A stretch of 64,000 bases of DNA, from assembly GCA_965214825.1 (NCBI GenBank), contig OZ243981.1:3121366-3185365 (forward strand), given 5' to 3'. The DNA is from an uncultured Pedosphaera sp. (lineage in GTDB: Bacteria; Verrucomicrobiota; Verrucomicrobiia; Limisphaerales; AAA164-E04). Made by a program: the position numbers and the translations under genes. Below are positions 58,428 through 64,000 of this stretch, one piece after another (position 1 is the first letter of the stretch; the number at the start of each line of letters is the position of its first letter). The notes beneath the pieces are model-generated. The model searched no databases. It saw only the letters and a list, made by a program, of their open reading frames with translations, and was not told the origin of the DNA.

Positions 58428-58709
58428 ATGTCCTACCGATCGAAGAGTGGAAAAACTCAAAAAATAGAACGAATCTCAAAAGAAAATCTTCTTAAATATG
58501 TAAAGCTCATTCAAGATCAAGATTATCCTCATCGCCCAGACTTAATGGCGATTGTCATTGTGGATTTTCCAGAAAATCAATTGCCGAGACTGGCAGAAGG
58601 CGACAAAGATTTAAATCTATCCCAGTCCACAATAGACAAACTCCGAAACGAAATGTCTTTGGACAATTTTTCAAAAAAATTTCCTGCTCTTTGCCAACTC
58701 AAAAAATAA
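58428..58709 (+). CDS. Hypothetical ORF in an AT-rich island (possibly a fragment of the cognate restriction enzyme)
   Basis: 93-aa ORF directly upstream of the degraded methyltransferase. Short broken ORFs (e.g. from 58259) precede it. No family recognised. Confidence 0.3.
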   Translation: MSYRSKSGKTQKIERISKENLLKYVKLIQDQDYPHRPDLMAIVIVDFPENQLPRLAEGDKDLNLSQSTIDKLRNEMSLDNFSKKFPALCQLKK

Positions 58710-58717
58710 AAACTATC

Positions 58718-60197
58718 ATGGCTAATCAAAAAGAATACGGCGTTGTTTACACTCTTCATTGGTTAACGAGCCTTATTCTTAATGAATCTGGCTTTGATAG
58801 TTCTTATGGAAAGATCATTGACACTGCATGTGGAGAAGGTACATCTCTGGTTGAGTCGGTTAAAAAAATTCTGTCTAAAGGCAATACTCGCAATCTTCGC
58901 AAGCAGTTAGAGCCTCGTGTTTTTGGAATAGACATTGACGATACTGCTGTCCGTAGATGCAAGAGCGGCTATCCACAATTGCGGCGCGGCGTTTTCCATG
59001 TAGATTGGAATATCTTTTGTGCGGATGCTTTGGATATAGATGTTTCCAAATGGTTGTTTGGGCAATTCGACTTTGTGGTCGGAAAACCACCTTATGTTAG
59101 GATTCAGAACTCCGGAGAGCAACTCAGGAAACAGTTGCAGAGGGGATGGTATTTTTGCGCATCTGGTTCTACGAACATTTATATTGCGTTCTTTGGATTA
59201 GCTTTTCGCTTGTTGAAGAATGGCAGAAAACTTGGTTATATAATGCCGAACACATGGCTGAAAACGCAAACAGCGCATGCATGGAGGCAATCTCTTATGA
59301 TTCAAAAACCAGTGATTAAGTTGATTGACTTTGAACATTGACAGTTGTTTGACAAGATCACTACCTATTCCCTTGTTTCCATCTTTCATAAAGGCATGCG
59401 ACATGAATCTGTTTCCCTGTTCAAAGGAAATGATAGAGGTGAATTAACAATTGAAAAAGTCCGAGTTGATGATTTTCACCCGAAGAACTGGGTGTTATGC
59501 TCGCAAACAGAAAGGAAAAATTGTCGGAAATGAAAAAAGACAGAGTGCCTTTATCATCTGTTGCGGACATCCATGTCGGTTTGACGACTCTGGCAGATAA
59601 TTGTTATATTTTCCAAAATGCGGTTCAAGACAATGGTGTAACCAAAATACATCATCCAATCACAAAAAAATTTGTATCTATAGAAAGCGATCTGTTGAAA
59701 CCGATGGTCAAAGCATCCATTCTGAAAAACAACAGAGAAAAACAAAAGCGGCTTATTTTATTTCCATACCGTAAAAACAAGAGGGGAAAACACACAATCA
59801 TAGAAGAAACAGAGCTTGCAGACAAACATCCAAAAACTTACGAGTATCTATTGTCCATTAAAGCTCTATTGGATAGAAGAGATAAAGGAAAGAAAAATCC
59901 GGTTGGATGGTACGCCTTTGGCAGACAGCAAGGCTTGGACTTATCATTTGGAGAAAAAATCCTGACATCGCCGATAAACCTGCATCCGAACTTTATTCTA
60001 TGGAACAAACCGGAATACACATTCTATTCGGGATACTGCGTGAAATCCGACAACCTTCAATGGCTGATTCACCTAATTCAAAGGACATGGAATTTTATAT
60101 TAAAACGGTAAGCCGCCAATATCGAAACCGATGGCAGTCGTTTTCTAAATCGTTCCTTGCAGAGTATCCGGGTTTTGGCACACCTTCACTTTTCTGA
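58718..60197 (+). pseudogene. Eco57I/TaqI-like gamma-class N6-adenine DNA methyltransferase, degraded
   Basis: Motif I IIDTACGEG. Motif IV FDFVVGKPPYV. In-frame TGA at 59339-59341 (IDFEH*QLFDKITTY). Frame change near 59490-59500. Another near 60060-60075 into ...NSKDMEFYIKTVSRQYRNRWQSFSKSFLAEYP. AT-rich. Confidence 0.7.
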
Positions 60198-60202
60198 AAA
60201 CA

Positions 60203-62869
60203 GTGGTTTGCATTTTGCTTATTTTAATTGCGGGGCTCTTGTTCTTCTTTCCAAGTGCGACGCAAGCGGAGAACGAAGTGGCAAACTCTCTCCCCACCGT
60301 TCTTCAAGTCGGCGAGAATTATCGCCGTTTTGAAGTTCTGGAGCCGCAACCGCAGGTTTATTACATCCGTGCTGTTCAACGGGACACACAAGCACAAGAA
60401 GCCAAAGGCTGGTTGCCTGCCCGAATGGGCAGGCCGACCGGAGCGAAAGTCCACGTGAGCCGTCAGCTTGTGTTGAAGACGCAAGAGCCGATTCTTGAAG
60501 ACAAGCTGCGGCAGCACTCATTGGAAAAGTTCCGCCAAATCAATTCGCGGCTCGTAATCTTCAATGCCGCCAACCCGGTTCATGCCTTGGAAATGGCGCA
60601 GGCGCTTTGCCGGGAACCGGGTGTCATCGCCTGTTACCCGGTGATGCGGCGAGCTTACCGGCGCGGCGGCAAGTTCGTTCCCATTCCAAACGATGCCTAC
60701 TTCCCGCAGGTTTGGCATGCGGATAACCGCGACAGCCAAGGGAAACGTCAAGGCATTGATCTCAACCTGCGGGCGGCTTGGAACGTGTCGCGGGGCAAAG
60801 GCGTCACCGTGGCTGTGGCGGACAACGGCCTGGACTTGGAACACCCAGATCTCTCGGAACGCGCCAAACAAGGCCCTCACTTCAACTTCGGAAACAACCG
60901 GGTAGACGGCGCTTTCATCAACAACGACCCCCACGGCACTGCCGTTGCCGGACTGATCGCCGCCGAAGGCAACAACGCAATTGGCGTGATTGGCGCCGCT
61001 CCCGAAGCGAATCTCGCGAGTCTCGTCATCTTTGAAATCGACTGGCTTGGGCAAGAGGGCATCGTCAGCGATAGCGCTCTGATGGACATGTTCCAATTCA
61101 AAATTGACGAAATCGCCGTCCAAAACCACAGTTGGGGGCCTTACCAAATCACACAAACTGGCATCGAAGCCCTTTCGGACATCGGCATCGAAAACGCCGT
61201 CCGAAATGGCCGTCGCGGCAAAGGCGTCATTATCGTTCGCGCCGGCGGAAACGAACGGGAAGACCTTAACAATGCCAATGACAACGGCTATGCCAACGAT
61301 CCGCGTTCCATCGCCGTTGCCGCTGTCCGCATCGACGGGATGCCGGCCAGCTACTCAACACCGGGCGCCTGCCTTCTCGTCTCGGCACCCAGCGGCGACG
61401 ATCTATTTCCCGGCGTGGCCACTACCGACCTTCAAGGCGAATTCGGCGAAATCGTGTTTGGTGAAGACGACGCCGCCGACTACCTGCTGGGCAACAACGG
61501 CTTTACGGGAACTTCGGCTTCGACTCCTCTGGTTGCCGGCATTGCCGCCCTGCTCTTGAGCGCCAATCCCGACCTCAGCTACCGCGACGTCCAACAAATC
61601 TTCATCCACGCCTCCTTTCAGCCGGAAAACAACGATCCCGACATCGAAGCCAACGGCGCCGGATTCCGCTTCAGCCACAACATCGGCTTCGGAGTCCCCA
61701 ACGCCGGCTTTGCGGTCGAACTCGCCAAAATCTGGAAAAACCGCCCGGCGCCAACCGAGATTTTCAAAACCAAAAGGCTCAACCGCCGGATCGCCGACGA
61801 GGGACTGTGGCTTGAAATCGAAGGCGCCAATATCCCCGGCGCCCTGCGTTCCATCCAAATCAAACCCAGCCTGGGAGTCTTTGCCGAAGAAGGCACCCAC
61901 AGACTCCCCTTGGTCTTCGTCGGCGAAGCGCTCGAACCCATCGCCGTTCCATTGAAAGGCCGCGCCGCTCTCATCAAGCGAGGCATCGACTTCTTCGCCA
62001 AAAAAATACGCCGCGCCCGGGAAGCCGGCGCCGAACTCGCCATCATTTACAACAACCTGAACAATGATGAAATCCTTTTGATGGGCAGCACTGACTTCTC
62101 TGCCATCCCCGCATGCAGCATCAACCAGAACGACGGCGAAGCCCTCCTCGACCTCCTCGGAGACCAGCCGGACATCACCGCAAAAATTTCCCTGGACGCT
62201 GCCACTGTGGAATTCGACATCTCAGACACCTTGATCTGCGAACATGTCGGCTTGCGACTCGACACCACCCACTCCCGCCGAGGTGACCTGCGCATCACCC
62301 TCGTTTCGCCGAGCGGCACTCGCAGCGTTTTACAAACCCTCAACATAGACGAATCCCCCGGCCCCAGACGCTGGACTTACTGGTCCACCAAACACTTCTT
62401 CGAGCCCAGCGCCGGCGTTTGGAAACTGGCCATTATCGACCAGACACCGGAAGCCACCGGCAGCATCATCTCCGCCTCGCTCATCCTCCGCGGCGTTCCT
62501 ATCCTCGACATCGACCGGGACGGACTCGACGACCACTGGGAACGCCTTTCCTTCGGCTCCCTGCACTTCAACGCCCAAGACGACCCCGATGGCGACGGCT
62601 TCAACAACGCCCGCGAGCAAACCCTTCAAACACCGCCCAACCGTCCCAACCAACCGCTCGCGCTCGATTTCTCCCTCTGGGACTCAAAGACCATGCGGCT
62701 CAGTTGGCCCGCCCAACCGGGAAACCGCTTCGACGTCCTGAACCGCACCGCCGCCGGCAGCCCGCCCCAAACCATCGCCACCCTTTCTGGCCAATTCCCC
62801 GAAATCGAATTCCTCCTGCCAATCGACCGCTCCTCCAACGCCTTCTACACCATCCAAAAGCGGCCATGA
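60203..62869 (+). CDS. Secreted subtilisin-like (S8) protease with PA insert, proprotein-convertase P-domain and C-terminal Ca-binding-type repeats
   Basis: GTG start plus signal. Catalytic D (VAVADNGLD), H (DPHGTAVAG), S (GTSASTPLVAG). P-domain HSRRGDLRITLVSPSGT. DIDRDGLDD / DDPDGDGFNN repeats. Confidence 0.9.
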   Translation: MVCILLILIAGLLFFFPSATQAENEVANSLPTVLQVGENYRRFEVLEPQPQVYYIRAVQRDTQAQEAKGWLPARMGRPTGAKVHVSRQLVLKTQEPILEDKLRQHSLEKFRQINSRLVIFNAANPVHALEMAQALCREPGVIACYPVMRRAYRRGGKFVPIPNDAYFPQVWHADNRDSQGKRQGIDLNLRAAWNVSRGKGVTVAVADNGLDLEHPDLSERAKQGPHFNFGNNRVDGAFINNDPHGTAVAGLIAAEGNNAIGVIGAAPEANLASLVIFEIDWLGQEGIVSDSALMDMFQFKIDEIAVQNHSWGPYQITQTGIEALSDIGIENAVRNGRRGKGVIIVRAGGNEREDLNNANDNGYANDPRSIAVAAVRIDGMPASYSTPGACLLVSAPSGDDLFPGVATTDLQGEFGEIVFGEDDAADYLLGNNGFTGTSASTPLVAGIAALLLSANPDLSYRDVQQIFIHASFQPENNDPDIEANGAGFRFSHNIGFGVPNAGFAVELAKIWKNRPAPTEIFKTKRLNRRIADEGLWLEIEGANIPGALRSIQIKPSLGVFAEEGTHRLPLVFVGEALEPIAVPLKGRAALIKRGIDFFAKKIRRAREAGAELAIIYNNLNNDEILLMGSTDFSAIPACSINQNDGEALLDLLGDQPDITAKISLDAATVEFDISDTLICEHVGLRLDTTHSRRGDLRITLVSPSGTRSVLQTLNIDESPGPRRWTYWSTKHFFEPSAGVWKLAIIDQTPEATGSIISASLILRGVPILDIDRDGLDDHWERLSFGSLHFNAQDDPDGDGFNNAREQTLQTPPNRPNQPLALDFSLWDSKTMRLSWPAQPGNRFDVLNRTAAGSPPQTIATLSGQFPEIEFLLPIDRSSNAFYTIQKRP

Positions 62870-62902
62870 GCCGACAGGCCGGGAACCCGAAAAAGCAACC
62901 CC

Positions 62903-64000
62903 TTACTGGCCAAAACCAGCGGCCTCTCCCGCGTCTTGCTGGGATTCCGCCGGCAAATCGCGCCTCCACAACTTGCGGTTCGGAACCAGCCGGTAATGCT
63001 CAGCCACCCAGTCCGGCAAACGCGGATGAAGCCCCAACAGATTGGAATCAAACGCAATCAGCTCAGGACGCACGGCGCCGGATTCCAAATCCCGCATCAA
63101 CGCCTCGCGCTCCGCCGCCGAAATCATCGGAGGAATCTCCCGATGCACAAACCCGTAATACCAAGCCTGAGGCCGAAACACCCCGGCGCCTGTCCAGCCA
63201 TCCAGAAAAGTCGCCTCCGGCTCGGTATTATCAATCACCCACAAGGCATCCTCCAAAGGATTCTGCCAGTTGCGCCACGACACAATGCGGTTCCACGAAG
63301 TCTCAATCGGCGCCGCAACAGCAAGCACCAAGATGCCAATCCAAATCAACGGACGCAAATAACGATGCCAATAGCGGAGACTGTCCAGCAAAACGTAAGC
63401 AGCCAGCAGCGCCAGCGGCGGCAGCATAATCATGTAAAACTGCCGATCCGTCACCGGAATAATCCAAAACAACCCCACAAACCAACCGCCCGCCACAGCA
63501 ACAAGAACCCCCGCAAACCAATCCACCCGCCGCTCAAGTCCCCCCCGAACCAAAACCCAAACGGCGCCTGCAGCGCCCAGGGCCAGCAACAGCCAACTCT
63601 CCCCAAAAAACCAATCAAAAAGAGACCACGGCGACTCCCGATGCGCCCAGCGGGCGTTGATCAAAAAAACCTTGTCAATGAACGCAAACCCCGCGCCGTG
63701 CCAAACAAAAAACAACCAAGTGAGCAACATCGGCGCCGCCAACCCCACGCCCCACCGCAACAACCGCAGCGGCCTAGCCTCGATTAAATCGGCAACGCCC
63801 AACAATCCCCACACTCCGAGAGCCGCCCCCAGCCCCGGCAAAGCGAAAAGCATCTTCTGCGTGAACATCACCGCAGCGCCGAGACAAACTCCCGACCAAA
63901 AGAAGGGACATCGAAAGACCCCCCCCCGCTTCTCGGCGGACGGTTCCACGCCGCTCCGCGCATCCTCCCGAAACCCCGCCCACAGCCACACCAAAGCCCC
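62903..64000 (-). CDS. Polytopic membrane protein, ArnT/PMT (GT39/GT83)-like glycosyltransferase C-terminal part; the 5' end is outside the window
   Basis: Multiple TM helices followed by a soluble C-terminal domain. The frame is open to the window edge. The family call is by architecture only. Confidence 0.5.
   Translation of the reverse strand, partial: GALVWLWAGFREDARSGVEPSAEKRGGVFRCPFFWSGVCLGAAVMFTQKMLFALPGLGAALGVWGLLGVADLIEARPLRLLRWGVGLAAPMLLTWLFFVWHGAGFAFIDKVFLINARWAHRESPWSLFDWFFGESWLLLALGAAGAVWVLVRGGLERRVDWFAGVLVAVAGGWFVGLFWIIPVTDRQFYMIMLPPLALLAAYVLLDSLRYWHRYLRPLIWIGILVLAVAAPIETSWNRIVSWRNWQNPLEDALWVIDNTEPEATFLDGWTGAGVFRPQAWYYGFVHREIPPMISAAEREALMRDLESGAVRPELIAFDSNLLGLHPRLPDWVAEHYRLVPNRKLWRRDLPAESQQDAGEAAGFGQ

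Noticed and set aside
1-64000. Stop-codon reassignment (an alternative genetic code) as the explanation for the in-frame stops
   Set aside because: All three stop codons occur in-frame, and they are accompanied by frameshifts and truncations in the same genes. More than 35 intact genes terminate normally on TAA, TAG or TGA. The pattern fits pseudogenes, not recoding.
1-64000. CRISPR arrays, rRNA/tRNA genes, IS elements, integrases, retron/DGR reverse transcriptases
   Set aside because: I scanned both strands and the ORF list. There are no repeat-spacer periodicity, no transposase/integrase/RT-like translations, and no rRNA-like conserved stretches.

Overview
By-eye reading only, with no database searches. 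This is a GC-rich bacterial chromosome segment. Its gene content suggests a PVC-type (Verrucomicrobia/Planctomycetes-like) organism: an arylsulfatase, several Gfo/Idh/MocA oxidoreductases with Tat signals, NIPSNAP, and a T2SS/T4P-like GspE-secretin cluster.

Intact housekeeping and metabolic genes:
- nspC flanked by two carboxy(nor)spermidine dehydrogenase paralogs
- ybjQ, an MscK-like mechanosensitive channel, and a HAD / unknown / PfkB-kinase operon
- a sulfatase, the GspE/PilMNO-like/secretin cluster, and nadE
- a probable glucosylglycerate-type compatible-solute locus (gpgS plus two GT4 genes)
- thrS, a TAXI-TRAP transporter, lpxD, panD and an S8/P-domain protease

Two things stand out.

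1. At 46.6-54.8 kb sit two convergent gene pairs.
- The first pair (minus strand) is a MotA/ExbB-like 4-TM protein with a ~400-aa repetitive helical tail (ZorA-like architecture). It is followed by an ExbD/MotB-like single-TM protein that carries coiled-coil + vWA instead of a peptidoglycan-binding domain.
- The second pair (plus strand) is a periplasmic vWA-4xPKD membrane protein followed by a ~1000-aa tubulin/FtsZ-like (Tubulin_2-type) protein.
- This is my best candidate for an uncharacterised system.

2. About a quarter of the genes are disrupted by in-frame TAA/TAG/TGA codons and/or frameshifts, while the core genes are intact.
- The disrupted genes are almost all accessory: a five-gene lipoprotein operon, a periplasmic LigE-type ligase, two R-M systems, a helicase remnant, one Gfo/Idh/MocA gene and the tubulin-like gene.
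- This points to ongoing gene decay, or partly to consensus errors at homopolymers.

No rRNA, tRNA, CRISPR array, transposase or integrase was recognised.
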